64,000 bases of DNA, from contig CAZUDQ010000002.1 of NCBI GenBank assembly GCA_964619365.1, forward strand, positions 1 to 64,000. Direction: 5' to 3'. Below are positions 18,531 through 29,021 of the stretch, piece after piece; within the stretch, counting starts at the first letter, position 1; the number at the start of each line of letters is the position of its first letter. The notes under the pieces were generated by a model. That model saw only the letters and a list, made by a program, of their open reading frames with translations. It was not told the DNA's origin and did no database searches. The DNA comes from an uncultured archaeon. GTDB lineage: Archaea > Altiarchaeota > Altiarchaeia > JAFGQM01. The translations under genes and the position numbers were made by a program.

Positions 18531-21500
18531 ATGCTGTCAGAAACAAAGCGAGCATTGCTTCCAAAAAGCCTTAATCTTGTTTTGGGTTTAGCAATTTTAT
18601 CAGTAGTCTTAGCTACGCTCGTTTTTTCTTCTATGTCTGGCGCCTCAATAGATTCCGAGGACATTTATGAATACTTTGAATATCCAAATGCTTCAAGTTC
18701 AAATACAAGCGGGAATGAAACAGATAATCTGCCGATTTTAGATATCTTGGATACCCCAGGGAACATAAGCATAAACATTTTTTCTCCTGCAAATCAAACA
18801 CAAACACAGGACTTAAGTACTCTAGTTCAGGCTAACCTTACTGCTGATAGGCTCGCCTATTTATTCTTAAACGATTCTTCCCTTGTCGCTTACTGGACGG
18901 CAGAGAACGGCGCAAACGACTCAAGTGAATACCACAACGACGGAAGCTTTGGAGGAACTGCGACGACTGTTGCAGACGGCAAATTTGGAAGGGCTTTTGA
19001 AGCTGACGGAGCCGAACCCAATTACATAAACTTGGGAATGAGCACGGATTTTGACATATCAAGTGCATTCACGGTCAGTGTGTGGGTAAAAAACATAGGC
19101 AATAGCTCTGGACACACGATCTTAGGCGAGTGGGATTCTATTATAACTAAATGGGACTGTGCTTCAGGTTGTGCTAAGTCATCATGGTGGATTGGTATTC
19201 AACCCAGTGATGAAATACTTTTCATAGTTGCCAATTCTACAGGTTCCAGGACAGTAACAGTCCCCGGTACGACTAAAATCAGATACGACTCGATTTGGCA
19301 CCATGTAGTCGGAATCTATGATGGTTCATATTTGGAGGTATATCTTGACGGTGAGCGTGAGGGGCAGGTGGCATATTCAGAAGGCGTTCACGTAAATTCC
19401 ACCGTACCTTTAGTTATTGCAGGTTCTGCAAATCCACCTTTGGGCAGTTTTAATGGCTCAATTGACGAGCTTATGATATTCAACAGAAGCCTAAGTGAAT
19501 CAGAGGTTAGGTCTCTTTATAATGCAACCGCCCAGGAATTCAATGTCACAGTAGACTTAGAACCCGGCAACAACTCCATATATCTCTCAGCAAAAGACAC
19601 TCTCGCAAATTTCGCCAAGAACTATATCGTAGTCGAAAGGACCGAAACCAATCCCCCAAATATTATAATAATATCGCCCGCCAACTACACCCAGACACAA
19701 AACCAAACTACAAGCATAATTGCAAATGCCTCAGACGAATCACAAGTCATGATGTTCCTTAACGATTCGTCCTTAGTCGGCTACTGGACGGCTGAAAACG
19801 GGGCGAATGACTCAAGTGAATACCACAACGATGGGACTTTTGGGGACAATGCAACAACATCGGCAGACGGAAAGTTTGGGCGCGACTTCGCATTTAATGG
19901 ATTAGGCGAATATGTCTCTATTAATGTTTCAAGCAGTCTTAACATAACTGACCCCATGACGATATCTCTTTGGGTAAAATTCAACAATGTTTCTGGGACT
20001 CAAACTATACTTTCAACATTTAATAGTTCTATAGACGGATATTATATTCAAGAAAATAGTGCAAATACTATAGCCTTTATAGGCTCATGGGATCATAGGT
20101 CATATATTTATACTCCTGAGAATTTTACTACTGAGGATACTTGGTATCTGATAACAGTTACAATAAACGGGACTCTTGGAAAATTATATATAAATGGCAA
20201 TTTAACCGACTCAAACACTACACTTTATATGGCTCTTAACAGCACTGCAATCTATTTTGGGAAACATATTTCTGGGCAATTTCCCTTAAATGGTTCATTA
20301 GATGAAGTCATGTATTTTAACAGATGTTTAGGCGCAACAGAAGTTCTCGCACTCTACAACGCGACAGCCCAAAACTTCAATGTCACAGTAGACCTAGAAC
20401 CTGGCAATAACTCAATACATCTTTCAGCAAAAGACACGCTTGCTAATTTTGCCAAGAATTATTTGGTAATCCAGCGTATAGTGCCACCTTCAGTTTCTTT
20501 TGTCCTGCCAACTCCTTCAAACGGGACGATTACTGCAAACACGAGTGTCCAAATCAATTCCAGCATAAACGCGTCAGACCTCGGAGACGTGGAGTTCAAT
20601 TGGTCTGTCGGACCAAGAGACGGCCTCGTCCTTGACCTGATATTTGACGATGGCAGTTTGAGGGATTATTCAGGAATGGGCAACGATGGGACAAATAATG
20701 GTTCAGAATATACTCCACAAGGGGCTGTTATGGGAGGGCGAGAATTTAATGGTATGACCGAGTATATTGATGTCGGAAATGATAATAGTTTAGATATAAC
20801 TGGGAATATAACTCTTTCTGCGTGGATAAAAGCAGAAGCAAGACAGAATACATATCCGACTATTATTGCAAAAAGAGATACTGGAGGAAACACAAATTAT
20901 CAGTTCTATCTGAATTGTGTGAATCGTTGTCAGCTAAGATTTGGTTTTGGCAATTACTCGCAACCGTGGTATGCCGACAGGGCGGGTAACATGGCCTTAA
21001 ATGACAGCTTATGGCATTATGTCACCGTCACATATAATGGTTCTGATTATATTTATTATGTGGATGGCAATGTCGATGCGATTAACCAAGAAACTGAAAG
21101 TTTAAGTTCGTATGTAACTGATAAAGACGCAATTATCGGTTATTTTGAAGATGGCGGATCTACAAGATATTTTAACGGATCAATTGACGAAGTCAAGGTC
21201 TTTAACAGAAGCCTCAGTCAATCTGAGATAAAAGAACTTTATTACAATTCCCGCGCCAGGTTCTATGATGATTCGCTTGTTTTGATGTATAACTTTGACA
21301 ACCTAAGTGCAATTGGTGAAAACTCAAGCTATGTCGTTGACGCAAGTCTTTATAGAAATGATGCCAATGTGACGCGCGCAGTCTGGAATTCTTCCGGGAG
21401 ATATGGCGGGGCATATAGTTTTAATGGAGTGTGTGGCGACGATTACATAAAGACCCCGAATAGTTCAATATTTAACATGTCAGAGTTTAGCGTTTCGGCC

Positions 21501-24500
21501 TGGATTTATTCCTCTTTAAATAAAACAACACCCGTAATAGTGGCTGATGGGGATGTTATTGGTGGGGCATCACTTTTATGTGGCAAGGGAGCACGGGCGG
21601 GTTGGGCACTTCTCTTATATAACAAGACCAAGCTTAGTCTGACGCATTGTAACACGAGTTCTTACGGGAAGAACTATACCCTATTAATATCGGATGGTGA
21701 GGTCCAGCCCAATACTTGGACTTATGTGTCTCTGACGTTTGATTCTGAGAATATCAACTTCTATGTAAACGGAGTCCTATCCAGCAGTTTTGAGAGTGGC
21801 GGGATAATGTATGACAACATAACAACAGATATAACTGTCGGCGCCCAGGATTACAATGAAGCTAATAATTTCAACGGCACGATTGACGAAGTCAGGGTAT
21901 GGAACAGAAGCCTTAGTGCATCAGAAATATGGTTGATGTATGAATCTAACTTAAAAAAATTCAATGTTTCTGGCTGGAGCCTTTATACAAACAAGACAAA
22001 TCTTAGTTCGGGCAATTATGATTACATAACAGGTATTGCAGACACTTTTGGAAATACAAGCGATACAGGTGAAAGGCTCCTTATTATTGATGCAAGTGCT
22101 CCGGTTATAACTTTTATTACCGAGAACCATACTCAAACATTTAACACGAGTTTAGTAGTTGACGTAAATGTAAGTGATTCACTACAGACATATGCTTTCC
22201 TTAACGATTCGTCCTTAGTAGGTTACTGGACGGCTGAGAATGGGGCCAATGATTCGAGCAGATATCATAATGACGGGACTTTTGAAGGGGATGCGACAAC
22301 TTCGCCCAATGGTAAATTTGGGCGAAAGTTTACATTTGATGGGACTGATGCGTATATAGAGACCTCTAATTTTTATAACCAGATAAACGACACAATCACC
22401 TTGTCAGTATGGGTTAATCCCAGTAGTTGTAATGGCTATGATTATATGCTCTATAAATGTCTGGACTGTGGTACTACTTCTTATGATGTTGGGACATATT
22501 CGATTAGCTGTAATTCAAATAATAGTGTAATATTTGGGGGAGTTTATGACAGTACATACATCCACCCCAGGTTTGTATCAAACTCTACATTATCAATGAA
22601 TAACTGGACCCATATAACTGTAACTTACGATGGAAACAATATTTTAATTTATTTGAATGGAAATTTGGATAAGCTTAGTTCCTTTCCTGGCCACTACTTC
22701 CAATATTCATACGGAGGAACTAATTTTCCAGTACGGATAGGGCGTGGTAAAAATAGTTCTGTTCCTTGCTTTTTCAATGGTTCAATTGATGAGGTAATGA
22801 TTTTTAGTCGTACATTATCAGCGTCAGAAATCCAGGCACTTTACAACGCAACAGCTCAAAATTTCAATGTCACAGTAGACCTAGAACCTGGCAATAACTC
22901 AGTACATCTTTCAGCAAAAGACACGCTTGCTAATTTTGCCAAGAATTATTTGGTAATCCAGCGTATAGTGCCACCTTCAGTTTCTTTTGTCCTGCCAACT
23001 CCTTCAAACGGGACGATTACTGCAAACACGAGTGTCCAAATCAATTCCAGCATAAACGCGTCAGACCTCGGAGACGTGGAGTTCAATTGGTCTGTCGGAC
23101 CAAGAGACGGCCTCGTCCTTGACCTGATATTTGACGATGGCAGTTTGAGGGATTATTCAGGAATGGGCAACGATGGGACAAATAATGGTTCAGAATATAC
23201 CCCACAAGGGGCTGTTATGGGGGGAAGATCCTTTGAAGGTCTGGCTTATCAGGGCATTAGCGTCAATGTCAGTTCAAGTTTAGAGTCCCAAAATTTAACA
23301 ATAAGTGCGTGGGTAAAGACAAGTAACCCAAATACGTCTCAGATAATAGCAACTAAAAGATACGCCCAGATAACCGCACCTTACAACTCCTATATCCTAG
23401 AGATGAATGCAGGTACCTATAGATTTGGTCTTGGAAAAGCCGCAGAAAACCAAACGCGACTATTCTCCATAACTCCAACATCTACAAACTGGGTTTTTGT
23501 TGCTGGCACTTATGATGGAGTCACTATGAAGATATATGTTAACGGCGTTTTAGAAAATCAATCTAGTGATTTTGCAGGTCTGATTGCTTATAATGGCAGC
23601 TTAGGTTTCTTTGTCGGTAATTATGGTGGGGGGTGGGAATTTAATGGTTCAATTGATGAAGTTAAAGTTTATAACCGGAGCCTCAGTCAATCTGAGGTAG
23701 AAGAACTTTATCATAACTCGCGCGCCAGATTCTACGACGATTCGCTTCTTGTGATGTATAACTTTGATGAGAATACTTTGATGAATGATTCAAGCTTACA
23801 AGACAATAACGGCAGGTGCGGAGGGACTGATATTTATGGACGCAATAGCACTTGCCCAAACTGGACGACAAACGGGCGCTACGGTGGAGCCTATATCTTT
23901 AATGGACACGACAGTAACAACACAATCAAGGTTAACCTCTTTAATATAACCCATGAAATCAGCTCTTGTATGTGGGTTAAACCATTAGCTCAGCCGGATG
24001 GAACAGATTATTTATTAAAATACAGAACATTTGTAGTATTCATAACTAATAATTCTGAGATACGGACTGCAGTCAGAATCGGGCAGACCTGGTATCATCT
24101 TACAGCTAACTACAGTCTATCTTTAGATAACTGGCACCATGTTTGTACGGGATACAATAATGAAACAGGTGTACACATCTATGTGGACGGAGATTTAGTC
24201 GCAGAGAATGACTCGATTATTGGAGATCTTAATTCAACTTACGCAGACCCTTCCGTTGAATGGGCGGCGATAGGTTCGCACTGGTCGCCTCCAACAGACG
24301 CCTTTGATGGTGTGATTGACGAGTTCCGGCTTTGGAACCGCAGTCTTAGTGCCTCGGAGATACAGTTGATGTATGAGTCAAACCTAAGGGAGATAAACAG
24401 TTCCGTTTGGAACCTTTACACTAACAAGACAAACCTTAGTATTGGGAATTATAGCTACAAAGTTGGAATAGAAAACACAAGCGGGGCAAGCGCGACAACA

Positions 24501-27470
24501 GAGCTGCGCGAACTTGAGATATCCGACCACGACGTTATTTCAGTTCATAGTTGTCAGAACCTAAGTGTAGAGGGCGCTACGTATCTCCTAGAAGATGATA
24601 TAACATTCAATCCCCAAAGCGCATATTCATGTTTTAACATAACTGCGGCCAACATAAGTTTTGACGGACAAGGGCATTCTATCGATTTTTTCGTAGATAC
24701 TGCGTCCATTGCATTAGGGCATGTGCACGTAATCTATGCTCACGAGGTAGATAATATCTCCATAACAAGTTTTAACATAACGCGCATCGGCCATTCAAAC
24801 CATGCCATAGAACTTTCTTTTTCAGATAATTCAAGTGTGTATGGGAACAGCATTAACATGAATGGGCACGCTTGTTCAAGTCTTGGTGCAGGTGTAGATG
24901 TTTATTATTCAGATAAAGCAAACGTTTCAAATAATATCATAACCCCCGGCGGATCTTGGGGTTGTTATAGTCCGAGACAAGGAATTTATGTTCAAAATTC
25001 GCAGAACGGAAGCCTTACAAATAATACTTTCTACACAAGCATGGATAGGCTTGGGATAACATTGCAGACCTCAATTAACATGACCCTAGCAAACAATTCA
25101 GTTATAGGGAGCTTTGCAGGTTACGCTGTTTTTGCCTATGTCACAACTCCGGCTTATTATAATCACACAATTGGAACGGACAACACGGTTAACGGACTTC
25201 CATACGCGTATTTTTATGATGTATCAGGCACGGTTCCAGATATTTCAGGATATGGGGCGGCGTATTTCACACGAAGTAGCAACTTCACAGTCAAAGATAT
25301 GACAATAAATGGCTCGTTTTACCTTAAGGATGTTGAGAATTACACGATTGCAAACAATACCTTTAATGTGAGTGATTGGGGCATTACCATAAAAGATTCA
25401 GATTATGGCACAATTGATGGAAACAATTTGACCGTTAATAGGCTCCCAGAGAGCGGGACATCTTATGTGTTTATGATGGCTTCCTCATACAATAACATAA
25501 GCAATAACAATTTTTCTTCAGAAAACAACTGCCAAGGTAACTGGGGTATTGATATTTCTCATGGGACTTCAACGGGAAACAGAATTGAGAATAATACTGC
25601 AAGTTCTTGTTACGGCAACCTCATGTACCCCCAGGAAGAGGGCAATATTATAAGGGGCAACAACTTTACTGCAAATCACAGTATCTTAGTTTCAAATCAG
25701 GACTCTAATAATTATTCAGATAATATCTTTAGATTGATTTCAGACGGCACAATTGCTTCCTTTTCAAGCGCGCAGGAAAGCAGTATAAGCAATTGCACAT
25801 TTATCTCAGGAGAAGTGTATTTCCTTATCGTAAGTGGATATGAGGTTTATCTAAATATAGCAAACACCACCTTCATAAATTCTTTGAACCTGTCAAGGAA
25901 GGTAAAAATAAATGACAATGTGTATAATACTGAAGTAAATTTTACAGATTCAAATATTGAGGGGGTTTTGTTGGGTAATAACATAGAGAATATCAGCTAT
26001 TCCTCAAAAGGACATCTCAGGCTTTATTTCTCAAATTCCAGTAATGATTCCGTTATCGGATTAAATGTCACAGGTTATAATGCTTTAGGTTCTAGAAATT
26101 TCTCTGCCCTTACTGGGGCAAACGGCAACATAACAGAGCTACTTGATATTTTCTCCGGAAACGAGACAAATGTGACTTACTACTCGAATTACACGATAAA
26201 CTATACTTACATAGGGACGCCATTCTCAAACGTTCTTGACTTGACCGAGAATTTGACTTACCACATGCGGCTTCTTTTGGAAACGGGAGTCTCGGCAAGG
26301 CTTAGTGCGAGCCCCAGAGTGATTTCAGAGACTGGTAACATAATCTGGCGCGCGAATGTGACAAACTCGGGCAATGTGACATCAAACATCACAATAACCC
26401 CTTCATGGGGCTCTAGCTTCATTGTAGAGCTTGATCCTGGCGAGTCAAATATTAGAGAGTACCATCAGGCAGCCTCCTGTCCTACAACTTCAGTTACAAG
26501 GACGATTAGCGCATTTGCACAGAGTCCTATAGGAAACGCGAGTGATTCAGATTCAGCCACAGCCAGCATATCATGTGGTTCTTCTACCTGTTCAAAAGCC
26601 TGGTCATGTGGTGAATGGGGCGATTGCATAAACGGCAGCCAGACACGCAACTGTTCATGTGCGTGTCCGAAGGATTCGCAATGCACTGGCGACCATGAAA
26701 CGACAAGAGATTGTGATTTATGTGGCTCCATAATATGCGAGGATGATGGAAATCCCTGCACCAGTGTGACTTGCATTGAAGGAATATGTGTCATCGAGCT
26801 TCTTGATGGAGTAACTTGTTCAGATGGAGATAATTGTACACTTGGGGATTATTGTAAGCTGGGGCTTTGCATACCTGGGAAAAAGTCAGACAAACCTGAG
26901 TGTATTGACGAGCCAAGATGCGATGCCGACTGGGTTTGTTCTTCTTGGTCAGAATGTAGCGGAGGCCTCAAGACTCGCATGTGCGAGTGTTCATGTGAAA
27001 GCGGAAACTGCCATGGCGACGGAGAGATGGTCAACACCTGCGAAGTCAACGCAAGTGAGGGCGACCTTGAAATCATTGTTATCGGCGGGGAATTTGTCGG
27101 AGATGGTGTTAATGTCACAGTCCTTGATGAAAACGGCAATCCCGTTGACGGCGCGACAATACAGTTTATCACGCCTGACGGACACATACTCTCTTATAAA
27201 GCGGGCTTTAAGGCATATGAGCGTGGCAAGTGGGCAGTTATGGCCGATAAAAATGGGTATGCAGGAAATTACAAGTTATTTGAGGTCAATGACCTTGCAG
27301 TAGCATCAAATAATGATAAAGCAGGCTTTTTGGGGGTAGTATCAGAGACTGCCCAGGAGTTCTTTAACTGGGTTAAGAAAACCTACATACCCATAAGTAT
27401 CATGGTCTTAATAATAATTGTTGCAGGAGCAGTGCTATATTCTAGTAAAATAAAATTGAAAAAAATCTGA
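18531..27470 (+). CDS. Giant surface glycoprotein (2979 aa): signal/TM, ~7 LamG domains nested in Ig-like units, right-handed beta-helix, Cys-rich region, C-terminal TM
   Basis: Repeated [16 protein letters not shown] motifs, N...NN beta-helix pattern, DDGNPCT Cys repeats, dense N-x-S/T sequons. Confidence 0.9.
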   Translation: MLSETKRALLPKSLNLVLGLAILSVVLATLVFSSMSGASIDSEDIYEYFEYPNASSSNTSGNETDNLPILDILDTPGNISINIFSPANQTQTQDLSTLVQANLTADRLAYLFLNDSSLVAYWTAENGANDSSEYHNDGSFGGTATTVADGKFGRAFEADGAEPNYINLGMSTDFDISSAFTVSVWVKNIGNSSGHTILGEWDSIITKWDCASGCAKSSWWIGIQPSDEILFIVANSTGSRTVTVPGTTKIRYDSIWHHVVGIYDGSYLEVYLDGEREGQVAYSEGVHVNSTVPLVIAGSANPPLGSFNGSIDELMIFNRSLSESEVRSLYNATAQEFNVTVDLEPGNNSIYLSAKDTLANFAKNYIVVERTETNPPNIIIISPANYTQTQNQTTSIIANASDESQVMMFLNDSSLVGYWTAENGANDSSEYHNDGTFGDNATTSADGKFGRDFAFNGLGEYVSINVSSSLNITDPMTISLWVKFNNVSGTQTILSTFNSSIDGYYIQENSANTIAFIGSWDHRSYIYTPENFTTEDTWYLITVTINGTLGKLYINGNLTDSNTTLYMALNSTAIYFGKHISGQFPLNGSLDEVMYFNRCLGATEVLALYNATAQNFNVTVDLEPGNNSIHLSAKDTLANFAKNYLVIQRIVPPSVSFVLPTPSNGTITANTSVQINSSINASDLGDVEFNWSVGPRDGLVLDLIFDDGSLRDYSGMGNDGTNNGSEYTPQGAVMGGREFNGMTEYIDVGNDNSLDITGNITLSAWIKAEARQNTYPTIIAKRDTGGNTNYQFYLNCVNRCQLRFGFGNYSQPWYADRAGNMALNDSLWHYVTVTYNGSDYIYYVDGNVDAINQETESLSSYVTDKDAIIGYFEDGGSTRYFNGSIDEVKVFNRSLSQSEIKELYYNSRARFYDDSLVLMYNFDNLSAIGENSSYVVDASLYRNDANVTRAVWNSSGRYGGAYSFNGVCGDDYIKTPNSSIFNMSEFSVSAWIYSSLNKTTPVIVADGDVIGGASLLCGKGARAGWALLLYNKTKLSLTHCNTSSYGKNYTLLISDGEVQPNTWTYVSLTFDSENINFYVNGVLSSSFESGGIMYDNITTDITVGAQDYNEANNFNGTIDEVRVWNRSLSASEIWLMYESNLKKFNVSGWSLYTNKTNLSSGNYDYITGIADTFGNTSDTGERLLIIDASAPVITFITENHTQTFNTSLVVDVNVSDSLQTYAFLNDSSLVGYWTAENGANDSSRYHNDGTFEGDATTSPNGKFGRKFTFDGTDAYIETSNFYNQINDTITLSVWVNPSSCNGYDYMLYKCLDCGTTSYDVGTYSISCNSNNSVIFGGVYDSTYIHPRFVSNSTLSMNNWTHITVTYDGNNILIYLNGNLDKLSSFPGHYFQYSYGGTNFPVRIGRGKNSSVPCFFNGSIDEVMIFSRTLSASEIQALYNATAQNFNVTVDLEPGNNSVHLSAKDTLANFAKNYLVIQRIVPPSVSFVLPTPSNGTITANTSVQINSSINASDLGDVEFNWSVGPRDGLVLDLIFDDGSLRDYSGMGNDGTNNGSEYTPQGAVMGGRSFEGLAYQGISVNVSSSLESQNLTISAWVKTSNPNTSQIIATKRYAQITAPYNSYILEMNAGTYRFGLGKAAENQTRLFSITPTSTNWVFVAGTYDGVTMKIYVNGVLENQSSDFAGLIAYNGSLGFFVGNYGGGWEFNGSIDEVKVYNRSLSQSEVEELYHNSRARFYDDSLLVMYNFDENTLMNDSSLQDNNGRCGGTDIYGRNSTCPNWTTNGRYGGAYIFNGHDSNNTIKVNLFNITHEISSCMWVKPLAQPDGTDYLLKYRTFVVFITNNSEIRTAVRIGQTWYHLTANYSLSLDNWHHVCTGYNNETGVHIYVDGDLVAENDSIIGDLNSTYADPSVEWAAIGSHWSPPTDAFDGVIDEFRLWNRSLSASEIQLMYESNLREINSSVWNLYTNKTNLSIGNYSYKVGIENTSGASATTELRELEISDHDVISVHSCQNLSVEGATYLLEDDITFNPQSAYSCFNITAANISFDGQGHSIDFFVDTASIALGHVHVIYAHEVDNISITSFNITRIGHSNHAIELSFSDNSSVYGNSINMNGHACSSLGAGVDVYYSDKANVSNNIITPGGSWGCYSPRQGIYVQNSQNGSLTNNTFYTSMDRLGITLQTSINMTLANNSVIGSFAGYAVFAYVTTPAYYNHTIGTDNTVNGLPYAYFYDVSGTVPDISGYGAAYFTRSSNFTVKDMTINGSFYLKDVENYTIANNTFNVSDWGITIKDSDYGTIDGNNLTVNRLPESGTSYVFMMASSYNNISNNNFSSENNCQGNWGIDISHGTSTGNRIENNTASSCYGNLMYPQEEGNIIRGNNFTANHSILVSNQDSNNYSDNIFRLISDGTIASFSSAQESSISNCTFISGEVYFLIVSGYEVYLNIANTTFINSLNLSRKVKINDNVYNTEVNFTDSNIEGVLLGNNIENISYSSKGHLRLYFSNSSNDSVIGLNVTGYNALGSRNFSALTGANGNITELLDIFSGNETNVTYYSNYTINYTYIGTPFSNVLDLTENLTYHMRLLLETGVSARLSASPRVISETGNIIWRANVTNSGNVTSNITITPSWGSSFIVELDPGESNIREYHQAASCPTTSVTRTISAFAQSPIGNASDSDSATASISCGSSTCSKAWSCGEWGDCINGSQTRNCSCACPKDSQCTGDHETTRDCDLCGSIICEDDGNPCTSVTCIEGICVIELLDGVTCSDGDNCTLGDYCKLGLCIPGKKSDKPECIDEPRCDADWVCSSWSECSGGLKTRMCECSCESGNCHGDGEMVNTCEVNASEGDLEIIVIGGEFVGDGVNVTVLDENGNPVDGATIQFITPDGHILSYKAGFKAYERGKWAVMADKNGYAGNYKLFEVNDLAVASNNDKAGFLGVVSETAQEFFNWVKKTYIPISIMVLIIIVAGAVLYSSKIKLKKI
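20376..20734 (+). repeat. ~359-bp intragenic direct repeat, copy 1
   Basis: Matches 22863-23221 with two mismatches found by eye; offset 2487 bp (in frame). Confidence 0.9.
22863..23221 (+). repeat. ~359-bp intragenic direct repeat, copy 2
   Basis: Matches 20376-20734. Confidence 0.9.
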
Positions 27471-27507
27471 TGCTCCGGTATTAGTATCCAATGATTAATA
27501 CTCAAAC

Positions 27508-28884
27508 TTACTTAAGCTTCCTTAGGATACCGCGTCCTGCAAGGACTCCTGTTGCCGCAGCATTTGTTATGTCCCTGGAAAGGCCGCATCCGTCGCCTGC
27601 TGCAAAGAGGCCTGGAAGTGAAGTCTCAAGGTTCTTGTCAACTTTGGTCATTGTGGTATAGAACTTTATTTCGGGAGCGTAAAGGAGCGTTGAATCTGAA
27701 ACTACACCCGGGATGACCTCATTTAGTTTCTCAAGGCCTTCTATTATGTCCATTACAGTTCTATGGGGGAGAGCCATTGAGATATCACCTGGAGTCGCGT
27801 CAAGAAGTGTTGGCTGAACGCGGTTCTTTTTTATCCTTGCAGCTGTTGAGCGCTTGCCACAGTAAAGGTCGCGCAGACGCTGCACAATAGGCTTTCCACC
27901 ACCGATTGTCGTTGCCAGTTTCCCTATCGACTTTCCGTACTTTGTCGTGTTCTCGAGGGGTTCAGTTAGTTCAATTCTCTGGAGGAATGCAAAATTTGTA
28001 TTTTTTGATTTCTTGTTTGTGAGTGAATGTCCGTTTACGCCTATGTGCCCATCATATGTTTCTTTTACAACAAAGCCTTCGTGGTTTGTGCAAAACGTCC
28101 TTAGGAAATCATCGTATTTATTTGTCCTGATATGGAACTTAGGGTCGCGGTTTATGGCGATAATCGGATCCATCACAATCGATGGAACTTCAACGCGCAC
28201 GCCGACATCAAGAGGACCATAGCTGTATTCGACGCCATGCTCTGTAAATACCTCATCTATCCAGCCCCCGCCAATTCGCCCCGGAGCTATAAGGATGCAC
28301 TTTGCTTCAATTTCTGAACCATCTGTGAGTAACACTCCCGTGCATTTATTGTTCTTTACAATGATATCTTTAACCTCAGTTTCCATGAGGAAATCAACAC
28401 CCAAATCACTTATCTCGTTTTCAAAGCTACCGATAACCTGCGGTGCATTATTGCTTCCGATGTGACGCTGGTCTATTTCTATGAAATCAACACCAACAGA
28501 AGCTGCTTTTCGTTTAAGGTCCTCAGCCCCTTTACTTGTTGCTTTGTAAAGATGTTTTGGAGCGCCGTGCTTAAGGAAAATCCCGTCTACATAAGCAATT
28601 AGCTCCCATGAGAGTTTTGGGTCAAAAGTAAGAAGATCAAGGTCGCCCCCGATATCCGGGCGCAAGTTAAGTGTGCCGTCAGACCAGGTACCAGCCCCAC
28701 CCATGCCACTCATTATATCCTTTCCAGTCTCAGAGCCTGAGCCGCTTGCCTTTCTGCCTGCAATATCTTGTCCCTTATCGATAAGTAGAACTGATATGCC
28801 CTTTTTTTCTTTTGCTATTTCATAGGCGGCAAACATGCCGGCCTGCCCTGCGCCAATTATGACGACATCATACGCCTTAGGCAT
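27508..28884 (-). CDS. FAD-dependent oxidoreductase (COG2509-type)
   Basis: IIGAGQAG, GMGGAGTWSDG, VGVRVE, RTFCTN, YAPEIKFY, AGDGCGLSR. Confidence 0.9.
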   Translation of the reverse strand: MPKAYDVVIIGAGQAGMFAAYEIAKEKKGISVLLIDKGQDIAGRKASGSGSETGKDIMSGMGGAGTWSDGTLNLRPDIGGDLDLLTFDPKLSWELIAYVDGIFLKHGAPKHLYKATSKGAEDLKRKAASVGVDFIEIDQRHIGSNNAPQVIGSFENEISDLGVDFLMETEVKDIIVKNNKCTGVLLTDGSEIEAKCILIAPGRIGGGWIDEVFTEHGVEYSYGPLDVGVRVEVPSIVMDPIIAINRDPKFHIRTNKYDDFLRTFCTNHEGFVVKETYDGHIGVNGHSLTNKKSKNTNFAFLQRIELTEPLENTTKYGKSIGKLATTIGGGKPIVQRLRDLYCGKRSTAARIKKNRVQPTLLDATPGDISMALPHRTVMDIIEGLEKLNEVIPGVVSDSTLLYAPEIKFYTTMTKVDKNLETSLPGLFAAGDGCGLSRDITNAAATGVLAGRGILRKLK

Positions 28885-29021
28885 TGTGATTTTTGATTAG
28901 AATTTAAGGACCCTTCGGGCTCCCTAGCTTTAGCTATTTGTCTTTTAAAAGCAAAGCTTTTCTTTTTTATTGTTTTTGTAGTTAATAGAACACAGATAAA
29001 TAATTCAAATTGCATAGTAAC

